Of a DNA stretch of 64,000 nt, positions 1-13,159 are shown piece by piece (within the stretch, counting starts at the first letter, position 1; each line of letters starts with the position of its first letter). The stretch lies in assembly GCA_004431415.1 (NCBI GenBank), contig QPMI01000510.1, forward strand, positions 128,219 to 192,218, written 5' to 3'. The DNA comes from Cyanophora paradoxa CCMP329 (lineage: Eukaryota > Plantae > Glaucophyta). The notes under the pieces were generated by a model. That model was given only the letters and a program-made list of their open reading frames with translations. It was not told the DNA's origin and did not search any database. The translations under genes were made by a program, and so were the position numbers.

Positions 1-13
1 ACGCGGCTGCGCA

Positions 14-269
14 GGTACGTGGTGGCGTGCACGGCGGACGTCGTCGCCGGCGTCAAGGAGCAGTGCTTCGAGGCCGGCATGGCCGCCTACCTCCCCAAGG
101 TGCGCACCGCGGCGGCGGCGGCGAGGGCAGCGGCCCCGGCGCCCGGCTGACGTCCCCGCGCGCGCCCCGCCCCGCCCCGCAGCCGTTCCGCAAGTTCGAC
201 GTCACCCGCGTGCTGGAGGACTACATCGTCGCGAAGATGGGCGCAGCCGACGTCCTCACCATCAGCTGA
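14..269 (+). CDS. 3' end of a gene with a C-terminal response-regulator receiver domain (likely a hybrid histidine kinase); 5' part outside the window
   Basis: Spliced translation YVVACTADVVAGVKEQCFEAGMAAYLPK|PFRKFDVTRVL...TIS* (intron ~100-182, GT..CAG) matches the receiver beta4-beta5 pattern xxALTA...CxxAGMxxYxxKP. Confidence 0.8.
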
Positions 270-329
270 GGGCCCAGTGAGGGCCCAGGCGGCAAGAGAG
301 CGCCGCGCGCGCGCTCGAGCCGCCCACTT

Positions 330-999
330 TCGGTCCAAGTGTAGTTTCTTCGACTTTTTTCGCATCTGAATCACTATATTCCGCGCGCTTCGAATCGATC
401 GAGGATCAATATCGATGTCCATGTGATGAATGCACTCTTTTTCGCGGTCGTTATAATCACTTGCACATATCCAGCATTCATCTAGAGGGCTTTTCAAGAT
501 GCTCTGTTGATCATGAAGCTTTAATTTAACTTCCTTTAAGAGCACCTGCATCATCAGGCTGCCGCAGTGCATGTGCGCCAGCAGCGCCACGCTGGCTGGC
601 CGGCTCGAGCTCGACTCGGCGAGGTCGCCGTTGAGCTCGCTCGAGCTCGGCTAGTCTTCGACCTGCACGACAATTTATTCTGATCGCAATGCTGCGCTTT
701 CCAGGACACCTTCACCGTGGCACCTTGCTGAATGTGCGGTCCCTGTTTCCCCTCTCTCCTTTCATGATCGTAATCAGTGTCGCGGACGGTTCGCAGGCGT
801 TCACGTGGACGCCGACGGCGGCGGCCGGGATCCCCAGCCGCTCGTCGACAGTCGTCGGCGCCACCGCGCTCGCCGAGTCGCTGGCGCGGCGTTGGCCGTC
901 TTCGCCACCCTTCTCAGAGTCTCGCGGCCACTCTCCAGCTTTAATTATAAGCACGCGTACATGGTTGCTCTTGGATCGCGGTCGACGTCGGTTCTCCAT
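330..999 (-). CDS. Possible small multi-exon hypothetical gene
   Basis: ATG at 999 (MENRRRPRSKSNH|gtacgc). Plausible GT..CAG introns join ...HERREGKQGPHIQQG|RRLAELERAQRR... and VLLKEVKLKLHDQQ. No recognisable domain; 3' end uncertain. Confidence 0.25.
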
Positions 1000-1282
1000 G
1001 ATCAGCCGCTAGCACTTTCAATCACTCGTCCCTTCATGATCAGTCGTCGGCTGGCGCTTTCGGCAACTGATCATGAAGGGACGAGCCGCGGAACCAGTCC
1101 CCTGCGGGGGACCCCCCGGCCGCGGACCAGGAGGGTACTAGCTGTAGAGGGCTCCCGGATGCATCCACAGTGATTCCGCACGCGTACGGGCACTGAAAAA
1201 ATTCAAAAAAGCGTCTCTGCCGGCGTACAGCTTTATTTGCGTTGCAGCTGATAGGAACGAGGAAAAAAAAAGAAACCTGGAT

Positions 1283-2898
1283 CTAGACGCGCGGCTGGGC
1301 CGACGCGCGGGGAGGGCTGCCCGCGCTAGGGCGGGGAGCGGCCGCGGAAGCCACCCGAGGCGGACAGGCGGGTCGCACGGGATCCGGAGGGGGCCGGCGC
1401 CCGCGTGGGGCTCGGGGGCAGGGCGGGGAGGGGCAGGCTGGCGAGGACGGGCCTGGAGCCGAGGGCCACGGGCCCGCCCCAGAGCGAGGGGGGCGAGGAG
1501 GCGGGGTGCCCGGGGAGGGGCCCCGCGTGCCCGCGGGAGGCGTGCGGCGCCGAGAGCCGGCGCGGCGGCGTGGAGGGGGCCGCGGGGGCCGGGGCCGCGG
1601 AAGCCGGGGCCGCGGAGGCCGGCCGCGGGCTCGCGGCCGCCTTTTTAGGGTGAGGAGCGGCGGAGGGGCGGCCGGAGTGGAGGGGCGAGGCGGGGCGGTG
1701 GGCAGAAGAAGAGGTGGAGCTCGGGCCCGGGCGGGGCCGGGGCGGGAGCGGGAGGAGGCGGGGAAGGGACGCGGCGGGCGTGGAGGGTCGGGGCCGAGAG
1801 GCGCAGCGCGTCGCTCCGCGGGGCCGCCGCCGGCCCCGCCCGCGCTGCGCTCCCCGGCCGCCGCTCTCGGGCCGCGCCGGCGCCGGCGCCGGCGCCGGAG
1901 CCCCGCGAGGGCGGCGCCGGCGCGCCCTGCCTCGCGCTGCAATTCTCTGAGGCGAGAGCGCGCCAAGGCGAGACGGCGAGGGGGCACCTCCTGGCGACGA
2001 ACTCGGCGAGGAGGATGTTGTTGTAGCGCCGCGTCTCGAAGAGCGGCGCGTACCTGCGCGGACGGAGGCGGGGGCGGTACGTCACACGCAAACGGGGGGG
2101 AAGAGAGGCGGGGCGGGCACCGCTGGGCGGCGTCGGGCGTCGGGTAGATGCGCTGGAAGCTGCCGGCGCGGTCGAGCTGCGGGCGGTAAGCAAAGAGGGA
2201 GGGCGCGGAGGGCTTCGAGGGGCCCGGGGACCTCGTCGAGGCACTCGGCGAGGACGGCGAGGTCCTCGGGGGGCAGCGCCGCCAGCCCCACGCTCCCCTC
2301 CACGCACGCCTGCCCGCGCCCGTCACGGGGGCGGCGGTGGTGGCGGCGGGGGGCGCGCCTGGTGCCGGCGGGCGCGCTCCTGGCTGGCGCTGGCGCTCGC
2401 CGAGGAGGGCGCCCCGCCCACCCAGCCCGAGGCGGCGGCCGGCGGGGGCGCGGGCGCCCCCAGCAGCCGCCCCATCCTGCGCCCGATCGGGGGCGGAACG
2501 ACCTCGAGGGAGGGGGGGGGAGGGGGGGGTAGACGGGAAGGGGAGCGCCCACCTCCGGGCCTCGGCCTCGCGGGTGGCCTTGGCGCGGTTGAAGGGGACG
2601 AAGCCGACCTGCGCGCGTGGCCGCGCGGCCGCGGGGCGGGGCGGGTGAGGGCGGGCCGGGGGCGCGGGGGCGCGCGGGGCGGGGCGGCGCCATGTTGAAG
2701 AGGTCGGAGACGACCTCCGCCTTGATCCGCCGGTCCAGCGGCGAGCTGCGCCCCGGTGAGGCGAAGCTTCCACGAGAGGGAAAAAGGAAGGGGCGGGGGC
2801 GCCTGAGGTTGAGGGAGGGCGAGGTGTTGACCTCCATGATGTACGGCTTCAGGCCCGCGTCCAGCAGGATGTCCTGCAGGGGGGCCGGGCAGGGGTCA

Positions 2899-2930
<32 letters not shown>

Positions 2931-5286
2931 CGGGGGCGAGGGCGGGAGGCGGCGAGGGCGAGGGCGCCGGCGCACGATCCCGAAGAGCTCGTAGCACACG
3001 CCCCTGCCCGGCGCGGGGGATTTGCCGCCGGGGGCACGGGGCTGGCAAGGGCGCGGGGGGTACACGGGGGCGGACCGGTGGGGGCAGGACTGGTGGATGC
3101 GGTGCACGATGGTCGACTCGACCGAGATGAAGGTCTGGGGGGGAGAGGGGGGGGAGGAGTTAATGGGTACGGGTGCGAAGAGTAGGGCGGCGGGGCACGG
3201 CTCGCCTTGACGATGACGTCACGCACGCGGTCCATCATCTCCGCCACGCGCGCCGGGCCCACCTGCCGCCCCGCGGTCGGACGGGAAGGGCCACGTGGCT
3301 TAAAGAGCGACGGGCTAAGATGCTCAGGCGCTGTAGGCAGCGCGGCTCAGGCGGGGATCGCCCGGAGAGCGGGGCGCTCGGGCGGGGGCGCTTCGGGCGG
3401 GGCGGGGCGGGGCCCGCTAACGGGGAGGCGCGGGCGGGGGGGCGCGGGGCGGGGCGGGGCGGACCTCGGACTCGAGGCGGGCCAGCAGCGCCCCCAGGCT
3501 CCTGCCCGCCAGCGTCAGTGGGGCGGGGCGGGGGGGCGGGGGTGCAGGGGGCGAGGGGTACTGGCGCGCCACTTGGAGCCCGTGCCGTCCTCGTCCGCGT
3601 TCGTGTTCGCCACGAAGGCCGTGCGCTTCTTCTGGACGCTGGGAGGGGGCGGGGGCGGGGGTACGCGTCAAGGACGAGTCGCCGGGAATGGAAAAATGGA
3701 AGAGCGGGAGAGGGGGGGTAGGCGGACCTGTAGTTCGTGAGGTGCATGTACCGTTTCTTGACTGCGGACGAAAGGTCAAGAGGGGTACAGAGAGGGGAGC
3801 CGAGGCAGGTTCGGGGGGTACCCGTCGCGGCGGAAGCGCGATACTTGTCTGTGCAGAATCGCGCCAGCCCGCGCTGGGGAAGGGGTGTGGGGTTACGTTA
3901 GCACTGAAGGCGGAGGGGGAGGAGCGGGGGTACGGGATCGGGGCGGGGCGGGGCGGGACCTTGTGGAGGTAGATGCGGAGGGGGTCGAAGGACATGACGG
4001 CCACGTAGAGCCGCATGTCGAACTTGTACCTGGGGGTACATCAAATCAGGGGGGGGCGAGGCGCGTAGGCTCATCGACGCACCCGTCGATGAGGTAGGGG
4101 TTCGAAACGTATCTGAGGGGATAGAGTCAGGATGCGCGGGGGTACCGGTAAGGGACGCCGGGAGAGGGGTACGCGCGCACCGCTGGATGACGGCGTCCTT
4201 AGGGGCGCCGCTCTCGCGCTCTCGGGGGATCTGGGAGAGCCTGGGTACGGTTTCATACGTAAGTAAGACGGGGGTACAGAGAGTGCAAAGCAACGGGCGC
4301 ACTTGGAGATGAGCTTGATGCCCCGGCCTCGGCTCGACGCCTTGGGCTTGAGAATCCTGTAACCCCGTCAGGGTTCCCGGTGCGGGAGCAGGGTGGGTAG
4401 CACGGGGGTACCAGAGCGTGCCCGAGGGGGAGCGGCCGAACTCGGCCTCGAATTCCCTGTACTCCTGGGGCAGGGCGAAGGAGCGGGGGAGGAAGTCGAA
4501 CTCCTGCGCGCGAAAGCCGGTTAACATGAGATCTTCTCGGTACCCCGACACCGAGAAGATGGGGCGCGCCTCGGGGGGCCGGGAGCGGCGCATGCGCTGG
4601 ATGTTGGCGTACAGGCGGTCCTTGTGGCCCAGCTGGAAGTTCCCCGGGAAGTGGTTCACGCGCTGGTACTCGTTCTGATGAGAAACGGTTAGCATTTTGA
4701 AGCGCATCTCGGAGATAGAAATAGGCTCCGCGGACGAGGAGGCGGTAGTCCTCGGGCCGCAGCGTGCTCGACTTGGCCCAGAAAGCGTTCCCTGTGGCGA
4801 GGGGCGCTCGGCGCGCGCGCGCGCGCGGAGATCTAATTTGGGTGCGCACAGTCGTCGGAGTCGGTCTGCTTGAAGCCGGCCGACTGCAGCACGAGCTTGA
4901 CAACCTCTGTGAGGAGAGTCGGAGGTGGCGGCGGCGCCGGCGGGCGGCGGCGGCGCGGCGCGCTGCAGCTGCGCACTGGTGTTGAAGTCTCGCATTTGAA
5001 AGTACAGCTTCTTCGTCTTGAACTTGATCAGGCGGTCTGGCGGCCTGTGGCCCTCGGGGAGGAACTGAGTGAAGGCTACCGTGGGCGGCCGGTCGCTGTA
5101 GCGGGAGACGTAGACGGGGAGGAGGGGAGAGGCCGAGCCGGCCGGTTCCGGCACCGGATCCTCCGCCCCGCGCGCGTCCTCCTCATCGCTGGCCGGCGCG
5201 GCGAAGTCGCTGCCTTCGGAGCCGGACTCGTCCCCGTCACCGTCCAGCTGCAGCGAATCGATGTCTTCCTCCTCAAAGCGACTCAT
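1283..5286 (-). CDS. TTLL4: Tubulin glutamylase, TTLL4-like (TTL domain), multi-exon; 3' end approximate
   Basis: Exons give VNHFPGNFQLGHKDRL, EFDFLPRSFALPQE, KFDMRLYVAVMSFDPLRIY, MHLTNY, CYELFG, DILLDAGLKPYIMEVNTSPSL and RAGSFQRIYP...RYNNILL. These match the TTL core and TTLL4-type segments. Confidence 0.9.
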
Positions 5287-5588
5287 GGCACCCCGCGACG
5301 TGGAGCTGCTTAGCTATGCCGTTGCCGCATCAGCGTCCGAAACAGCTCCGGCGCTCCGCCGGCGCCGCCGGCTGCAGGGTTGCGACGGCAGATGTCGCTG
5401 TCGTCTCCTGCTCTCTGCAGAACGGCTAGCTACGGTCGCTGTTTTGAGTCTGCCTGTGCCGAGGGGGTACAGGAGTCGACATTCGGCCCGGCCTCTGTTT
5501 GAGACTGGCGCGGTTGCTGGCTTTCTGAAAAGGTGCGGCGCGAGCGCACACTTGGGCGCGGGCGCCGGCGCCGCCTAACCTTTCGCAG

Positions 5589-7557
5589 ATGGCGTCTCTG
5601 CGCTCTTTCCTGAGATTTCTCGCCGTGCTCGTCCCCGCAATCGCACTTGGTGTCATGCTCATGCGGGCCTTCTACTCGATCGACGCGAGCCAGCGGGCGC
5701 GCGCCGCGCTAGCGCTGCTGTTTCGGCGCTGTTGTCGTTCAGCGCCTCTCCGGCGCTCTCTCGCTCTTTCTCAGCGCTCGCGCTGATGTAAACGTCAGCG
5801 CGGGCTTCTGGACGCGGTGCGGAAAGCGCCTTACGGCATCTCGCGGGACGCGCTGGAGTGCCTTAGCGGGCTGGAAGCGTGCGACGAGTCCTTCTCTGTC
5901 ATGCAGGCGGAGTCCTGGAGGGCTCTTGACTCGTGGAAGACAGGATGCTCTGACTCCTCCGGTGCGAGCTTGTAACGGGCCGGGCCAATTTAAATTTGAT
6001 TTGATCCGGATCTCCTCCCGGCCCTTGCTGACCCAAGCCCGCGGCCCCGCAGACCTGCTTCACCTCTACCGAAGTGAGATCAAATGGTTCCTTGCCTCTG
6101 CGGCGCGCCCCGATCGCTCTTTTCGCAGCCGTGAGCCCCGGAAAGGATAAGGTCTTCGTGGACATTGGTGGCCCCGCCCCGCGTCCGAACTGCTTTCGGT
6201 GCCTCCGCTGACGGGTGCGACGCCACAGGCGCGAACAGAGGACACGTAGTGCATCAGATCGTCACGCTGTGCGCTCGCGGGTCATGTCTCGGTTCCGGTT
6301 TCTTGGATCGTTTTTTGAATCTCGGGGGGCCCTGCAGGTTCTCGGACGCATCGGAGCGGTTCATGCTTCAGCACATAACGAACGGAATCGCACCCGCCTG
6401 CCGCGAGGGCAATGGCACGACCTCGGTGCGCCCCGCGCCTGCCCCTCGCCTCGAGTTCGGATCCGATCCCGCGCCGATTCGAACCAGGTGCTGGCCGTAG
6501 AGCCCGCGCACTCGAACGCGCCCTTCCTCCAGCGCCTTCGCGAGTTGTACCCCGACCACGTCTCCATCCTCCAGACCGCCGTCGCCGACCGCGAGGCGCG
6601 CACTGCAGCCCCCTCCGGCTTCTCCCCTCCCTTCCGAATGACGGGGTACCCGTGCAGGCCCCGACGGAGCACGGGGTACAGTTCGTGGACCTGGGGCCGG
6701 AGCGCAGCTCCCGCAGTTCGCTCCAGCCGGTCCGCGCCCCTTTCCCATCCGTACTCCCCCTTCGACGACCCGGTGACCCCCGCACCCTGCAGGGCGTGGG
6801 CCCCGAGGCGCCGCTGGTGAGGGGCACGGAGCGCTACGGCGTACCCGTCACGACGCTGGATTCCATCGTGCGGGAGCGGAAGCTCGACAAGGCGCGCGGG
6901 GGTGGGGGGCGGCGCTGAGAGGGGCCTAAGCCGAGAAGCCACCCGGGGGCCCCTGCGGGCGGCCTGGCCCGACCTCGCGCCCCAGATCCACTTCCTGAAG
7001 GTGGACACGGAGGGCTCGGACCCGCTGGTGCTGCGGGGCGCGGGGGAGACCCTCGCCGGCCGCGGCGTCGACGTCCTCGTCTTCGAGCGCGCCCCGCCCC
7101 GCCCCGCCTCCCCCAGCGCTCCCCTGAGCCGGCGCCCGGGGGCAGGTACCACACGCTCGGGGCCTGGCCCGAGACCTCCCTCCGCCGCGAGGTCCGCCCC
7201 CGTACCCCCTCGCCTCCCCTCCCCCCGGCCTAGCTCTGGAGCTCGAGCTGTGGAGTGCGCGGGGCCGGGGCAGGTGGAGCGGGTGGCGGGGTACGGGTAC
7301 GAGTGCTTCCTGATGACCCCAGGGGCCTACTTCAAGGTCTCCGGCGCCTGCTGGGACCCCGCCTACGAGGCCCGCCCGCTGCAGCTGCCCCGGCCCGGCT
7401 CGCGGCCCGCACCCCGAGCCGCCGGCTTCCCCCTGACCCCTCCCCCGCGCAGATCCGGCAGTGGAGCAACGTGGCGTGCGCCGTGCGGGGCCACCCGCTC
7501 CTCCGCGCCCTCGCCCTCCACCGCTCAGCCTGCTTCCCCCCGGGCCCCGACGCGTAG
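5589..7557 (+). CDS. FkbM-family SAM-dependent methyltransferase with an N-terminal signal/TM anchor, multi-exon
   Basis: Hydrophobic N-terminus (FLRFLAVLVPAIALGVML). Motifs VDIG|ANRG, VLAVEP, VPVTTLDSI, IHFLKVDTEG...VLRGA and VLVFE|Y; stop at 7555-7557. Confidence 0.85.
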
Positions 7558-7723
7558 CCCCCCGCGCCCTCCAGTTCCTGCCCTCCTCTCTTTTGTAGTT
7601 ATCAGAGTACTTGTAAATGAGAACAGCCTCGAGCTCTGGTGTCTTTGCGCTCGAGCTCCAGCTGACGCAGGCTGCTGGAGGCCGCCGCTGGCTCCCTCTT
7701 TTGTAAGGCGGGGCGCCGGGCGG

Positions 7724-9375
7724 CTAGTCGCGGAGGGTCCAGGCGAAGAAGTCGTTGAGGCGCGCCTCCCCGTCGAAGCCGCCGAAGACGTACGCCGAGT
7801 CCCCCACCGCCGCCGCGTCGATCCACGCCCGCGCGCTCGGCCCGTCCTGCCCCGCCCACGCCAGTGAGGCCGGGTCCAGGGCCGGGGCGGGCGGAGGGGA
7901 GGAGGGGGCACAGGGGCGCGCACGCGGCTGGGGAGGTCGTTGGGCCCGCCCGTCTGGACGCGGTACCAGCGGAAGTCCGCCGTGTCCAGCATGTACGCGT
8001 CCCCGTGGTACCTGTACCCCCAGAGTCAGAGCAGGAGGGGGGCGAGGGGCGGGGTACCACGCACTTTCCGGCGCCCTCGTGGCCCTTGGCGGATGGGTCC
8101 GCCTCGCCCCCGAACACGAACACGTACCGGTCCCGGAGGGGTACCGCCGCCGTCACGGAGCGCGGGTACGGCGTCTGTAATCCGTAAGAAGGATGCAGGA
8201 GGTGGAGAACAGAAAAAGGGGTACCTCGCCGGAGGTCGCCGGCTGCGACCACGAGCGCGTGGAGGGGTCGTACAGGAAAAGATCGCCGAGCTCCTTCCCG
8301 CAGAAGCTGGGGTACGGCATTCAGGGCGAAAAAGGGCGTGGGAGGAAACGAGTGACTGGATATCGCGTACCCCCCGAACACGAGGAGCCTCCCACCCACG
8401 GAGCACATCAAGGGCCCCCCGCGGATGCTGGGGCCGTTCGGCGCCGCGTGCTCCTCCCACGACTGCGCCGAAAGCGTCGGAACCCTGTACCCCCGGCTGC
8501 CTCGGCAGCCCGGGTACCGATTCACCTTCGTCTCGATGTTGTACGCGTAGAGGTCGTTCAGGCGGCCGCCGGCGCCACTGCCCGCGAAGACGAAGACCCG
8601 CGAGCCGATCGCTGGCGGCCCGCGGCGTGAGAGAGCTGCAGGGGAGGGGGGGAGAAGCGGGGGCGGGGGGTACGCACAGGCCATGGCGTGGTAGGAGCGG
8701 ACAGGGGGCGGGTTCCCCGCCGCCTTCACCTCGCTCCACTCGCGCGTCTCCGCATCGAACTGGCGCGCGGGGATCGATTCAGATCATCGAATCTTCGGTG
8801 GGCGGGTCGGAGGTCCCTCTCACCTGCCAGAGATCGTTCATGGACAACAGCTCCTGGCTCACGCCCGTGCGCTGGACGGACCACAGATGTCAGACCAGGA
8901 GGGGACAGCGCGGAAAATTCAGTGGAATGTACCCCGCCGAAAATGTAGAGGTACCGTCCGAGCGCGGCAGCCGCCGCATGGCCCACTGCCCCGCGACGAA
9001 TATGAGGGAGGAACGCGATCGGATGGGCCATAGGGGGAGATCGCACCGCGGGCCGCGGGCGGCGTGCCCGCAGCGTCGACCTTGGACCATGCGCCCTTGG
9101 CCGGGTCGAAAGCAAAGAGCTGCGGCGCGGACCGTCAGCTGCGCGCCGCTGAGCTCCACGGGAGTGCGAGCGGCGCACGTCATTGTCGACGGGGATGCGA
9201 GGCACGTTCTCGCCCGAGAACATGTAAATCTGATCCGCGCGCGTCAAGAAAGAAGGGGCGCGTGAGGCAAGAAGGTGCGTACCAGTCCCCGCAGCGACGT
9301 GAGCGAGTTCGAGCTGCGCTGGGCGGGCAGGAGGCCCGCCGCCGTCGCGATGCGCTTCCAGCTGCCGCTCGGCAT
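7724..9375 (-). CDS. Kelch-repeat protein, nitrile-specifier (NSP5)-like family, multi-exon
   Basis: MPSGSWKRI...QRSS, IYMFSGENVPRIPVDND, GHAAAAALGRYLYIFGG, PPVRSYHAMA, GRLNDLYAY, PRSVTAAV...VFGGEADPSAKGHEGAG, RRLNDFFAW...*. Confidence 0.85.
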
Positions 9376-9743
9376 GGGAAAGGAATCGGGGATCCTGCGT
9401 ACGCGTGAGGTCGCGAGGCGCGGATCGCAGTGATTGTCGAAGCGAACCTGAACTTAGGAGATCAAAAACGTGTCGCGCGGCGCCGAGCTCTGCGGTCCGA
9501 CGGTCCCGCAGGTTGCGTCAGTTGCGACCTGGCCCGTGAGAGCAAGCGCAAGCGGAGTCACGCTGATTATGAGTTATTACGCGGCGCGCGCGCTGGACGC
9601 GGCGCACCGGTGCCGGCCCGTCAGCGCGCGCCTGCGACGAATTGGCAGCGAGGAGGGGGGAGCGAGCCGGAGGGGGGTGCAGCAGCAGTTCGAACCATCA
9701 AAAGATACGCCGGCCGACGTACGTAGCTAGAGCAGAGATTGCC

Positions 9744-11830
9744 ATGGCATTCGCTCTCCCCGTTGTTGCCGCTACGCCGTCGACGGCCGCGCCGTCGGTC
9801 ACGTCGCTCCGCTCCTCGTTCGTCGGCGAGCGCACCAAGCAGTCGGCCAAGCGCGGTACGCGGTCCTCGGCCTTCCAATCGCTGAACTAGTTTCTCTTAG
9901 CGACGGCGTGCCGCCTCCCGCGCGTATGCAATACCGCGAACTTACCTGCGAACATTACGCAGATGCAACGGTTCACGTCGAGGCGTCCCCGGCGGTATTC
10001 TGCTCTGCCGAGCAGCAGGAGCGTGGCGTGCCGCGCCGCTCCCTCCTCGGCGGCCTGGTCGCCGCTCTCGCCGCGGGTGCCGCGGCGTCCCGCCCGGTCC
10101 GCGCCGAGCCCGAGAAGGGCTGGGCGGGTGAGCGCGGCAAGGAGCTCGCGTTTGTGCAACGAAGTCCGCTGACAGCGCTCTTCCGCTCGCAGGCTGGCTG
10201 GAGTCGGCCGGCGACGAGGCTGTTGAGGACGCCCTCCGCTACGACCTCGTGACCGTGCGCCGGCGCTCGCCGCCGCCGTCGCCGAGGCGTGCGGCGCCGG
10301 CTCTGACAACGGATCGCATCGAATCTTCGCAGACCATCCAGAAGAACAACAACGCCGCGCCCGTGCTCCGCCTCGGTGCGCAGCGAGGACTCTGGTTGTG
10401 GTCCCAGCGTCGATCCGACGCGCCGCCGCGGCTTGCGCAGCCTTCCACGACGCGGGCGTGGGCGGCCCCGACGGCTCGATCCGCTTCCCCGACGAGCTCT
10501 CGCGCCCGGAGAACGGCGGCCTCCAAGCCGCCCTCGACTCCATCAAGCCCGTGCGCGCCCCGGGGCCCCGGACCCCGGGCGCTCTGAGCCCCAGCAGATC
10601 AAGCCCCTCTACGCCTCGTACTCGTGGGCCGACTTCATCGCCGTCGCCGGCGCCGCGGCCGTCGAGGTGGCCGGCGGCCCCATCATCCGCGTCGGCCTCG
10701 GCCGCAAGGACGCCCCCAAGGCCGGTGCGCGCCTGCCGGCCAGATAGCAGAAGCAGCTAGAAACAAGCGAATCACTGCTCTCGCGCGCCTGCTCCTGCGC
10801 CTGACGCCCCGTGCCGGCAGGCCCCGTCGGCAAGCTCCCCTCGTTCGAGGCCGACGCCAACGGTGCGCCGGCACGAGCAGAGCCAATCTAAGCGAATCTA
10901 AGCTAAGAGGATCCGATCTAAGCCACGCTGAGCCGCTCGAGTGGAATTCAGCTGATCCGAGATGAGCCGCCCTAGGCCCGCGCCCGCGCCCCGCCTCTCG
11001 CCTCGCCTCGGGCCTCGCTGCCCCTCCCGCTGGGGGCGGGTCTGAGGCAGGCGCTGGTCTCAGCCGAGCCGGGGTCGTGGATCGCTGCGCCCCGGGAGGC
11101 GAGCTGACGTGCTCGTGCAGGCCTGCGGGAGACGTTCGCGGTGTACGGCTTGAAGGACAAGGACATCGTCGCCCTCTCCGGTGCGCCCCTCCCCTCCCCG
11201 GCCGCCCCGGCGGCGGCGGCGGCGGTGGGGCGGGCCTCGGCCCGCGCGGACGCCTGTGGCGCGCGCGAGAACGTGCCCTGACGCGCCTCGCGCGCGCAGG
11301 CGCGCACACCCTGGGCAAGTTCACCATGCCCGACGGCACCCGCTTCGCCTGGACCCCCGGTGCGCCCCGCTCCGCCCACGTTCTAGTGCCCGCCCGGCGG
11401 CCGGCTCGAGACGCGGATCGCCCCGCGGGCCTCGGGCGCGCGCTCACGCCCCGCCGGTCGGCGGCCCCCCGCGGCAGAGCCGGAGAAGTTCGACAACTCG
11501 TACTTCAAGGTGCTCACGGGCGAGGTGAAGGGGATGACCCTCCCCTCGGACGTGGCCCTCACCAAGGACCCCATCTTCAAGGCGCGCCGCCCCCGCCCAG
11601 CGCCCCGGCCGGGCCCCGCCCGCCTCGCGTCTGCTCTGACGCCCTCCTCGTCCTCCCCCTGCAGGACCTCGTCGAGATCTACGCCCGCGACCAGACGATC
11701 TTCTTCAACGACTTCGCCCGGAGCTACAAGCGGTGCGCGGGGGGCCCGGGGCCCGGGCCGTCCCTCCCTGCAGGCCCCGCCACTAGCGCTTACCCGACTC
11801 GCTCGCAGCATGACCGCGATTAAGAAGTAA
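9744..11830 (+). CDS. Class I heme peroxidase, ascorbate-peroxidase-related (APX-R/APX6-like), with plastid transit peptide and Tat lumen signal
   Basis: N-terminus MAFALPVVAATPS...SSFVG, then RRSLLGG...PVRA. Core motifs VLRL|AFHDAG, ELSRPENGGL, SWADFIAVAG, GRKDA, IVALS|GAHTLG, FDNSYF, LPSDVAL and FFNDFARSY. Confidence 0.88.
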
Positions 11831-11999
11831 GAAATTACAATTATCAAGATATCGCTTTATGTATAGCTGGACCAAATCGAATGCAATGCGAGCGTAGCCG
11901 AGTCGAACGCGAAGCCACTGCGCCTCATAGATCGGCGTTCAAATTTACAGCGCTCCGGTGGAGCCGCACGTGAGCCGCGCCCCTACGTCTAGCGAACTG

Positions 12000-13048
12000 A
12001 GCGAACTAGCGAGCTGTCCTATACTTGCAATTGCACTTGCCTAGCCTCCAGACATCAATGTCCGGGCACCAGATCAAATTATTCTCGAAGTTCATGATCA
12101 GCATTTCCCGCAGCCCTTCTTCAATGTTTCCCACCTACGCACGCGTTCGCAGGCGAAGCTTTTTAAGAACGACGAGACAGCGGTTGGCGAGGCGTACGCA
12201 CATGCGGGCGAAGGCGGCTGCCGTCCGCGAATTCGAGCGCGGAGAGGCGGACGCCCCGTCAGAGCCGGCATCAGATGCCGACGCTCGGGTTCCCTGCATG
12301 AGCGGCTCTGACGCTCCTGCGAGCGAGGACGACATCGAGGTGCCTGCGGCATGCGCGAGCGCGTCAAACGTCGAGAGACAAGAATTTCTGAATTAGTGCG
12401 TGACGCGTTCGGGCCGGCGCGATCGGTGAGAGGCGGGGCCGTGGCTTCGCCAATCCGCCGCTGATAAATCGCTCGCGCGATCGCGCGTCGTTCTCCTTGC
12501 GCCGAGCGGCTGTACGCGCACCGTAGCTCGCGCGCGCCTCTCCGCGCTTGAGCAACGACGCCTGAGATCGTATTGAGTGTGTGTTGAACTAAAGCGGCGC
12601 GCTTGCGGCGCGCGAGAGCCGGGGGCGCGCCTTCGAGGTCTCCATTTGTTGCTGTCCACCTGTACCCCCAGACTTCGTGCCCAATCTTGGGGTTGCAAGA
12701 ACAGGCACAGGCGACGCACATTTCACTAGGTCTCAGCCTCGTGACATCGTTCTTCTACCAGAGAGCCCAACAGACAGACCCTCGACACCTTCGTAACCTC
12801 GACGATGACGAAGTCGAAGAAGAGTCAGCCTTTCCGTGAGGGACCCGAGGTGCGCTTGTTCCAAAGAAGCGTTTTCTGTCGGTGACGGCAGCGTCCGCGA
12901 TCTGCGGTAGACGTATTCGCCTTGGTGGCAGACGAAGCAGGAAGTACCCAAGCCCGCCGTCGTCGAGGCGAAGCATGTGCGCGTCCTTCGCGAAGGCAGT
13001 TTAGCTGCTCGAAGCCGAGCGCCGCAACCCGCCGCACTCGGCCGCCAT
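12000..13048 (-). CDS. Hypothetical multi-exon protein
   Basis: ATG at 13048 followed by a GT donor, splice-like junctions, and a terminal exon VGNIEEGLREMLIMNFENNLIWCPDIDVW.... No domain recognised. Confidence 0.35.
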
Positions 13049-13159
13049 GGCCAATCGGCCGCGGCCTCAGCTGCAGGGCCCGCGCGCCGCCGCCGATAAA
13101 CGCCCTAATCCACCCAAACTAGCGATCGCCCGATCGAACAGCGCTAGCCCTACAAGGCA

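Noticed and set aside
597-655. Hairpin followed by CTAG-T resembling a Helitron 3' end
   Set aside because: No 5' TC end or Rep/helicase is seen, GAGCTC palindromes are ubiquitous here, and the sequence may be an antisense exon.
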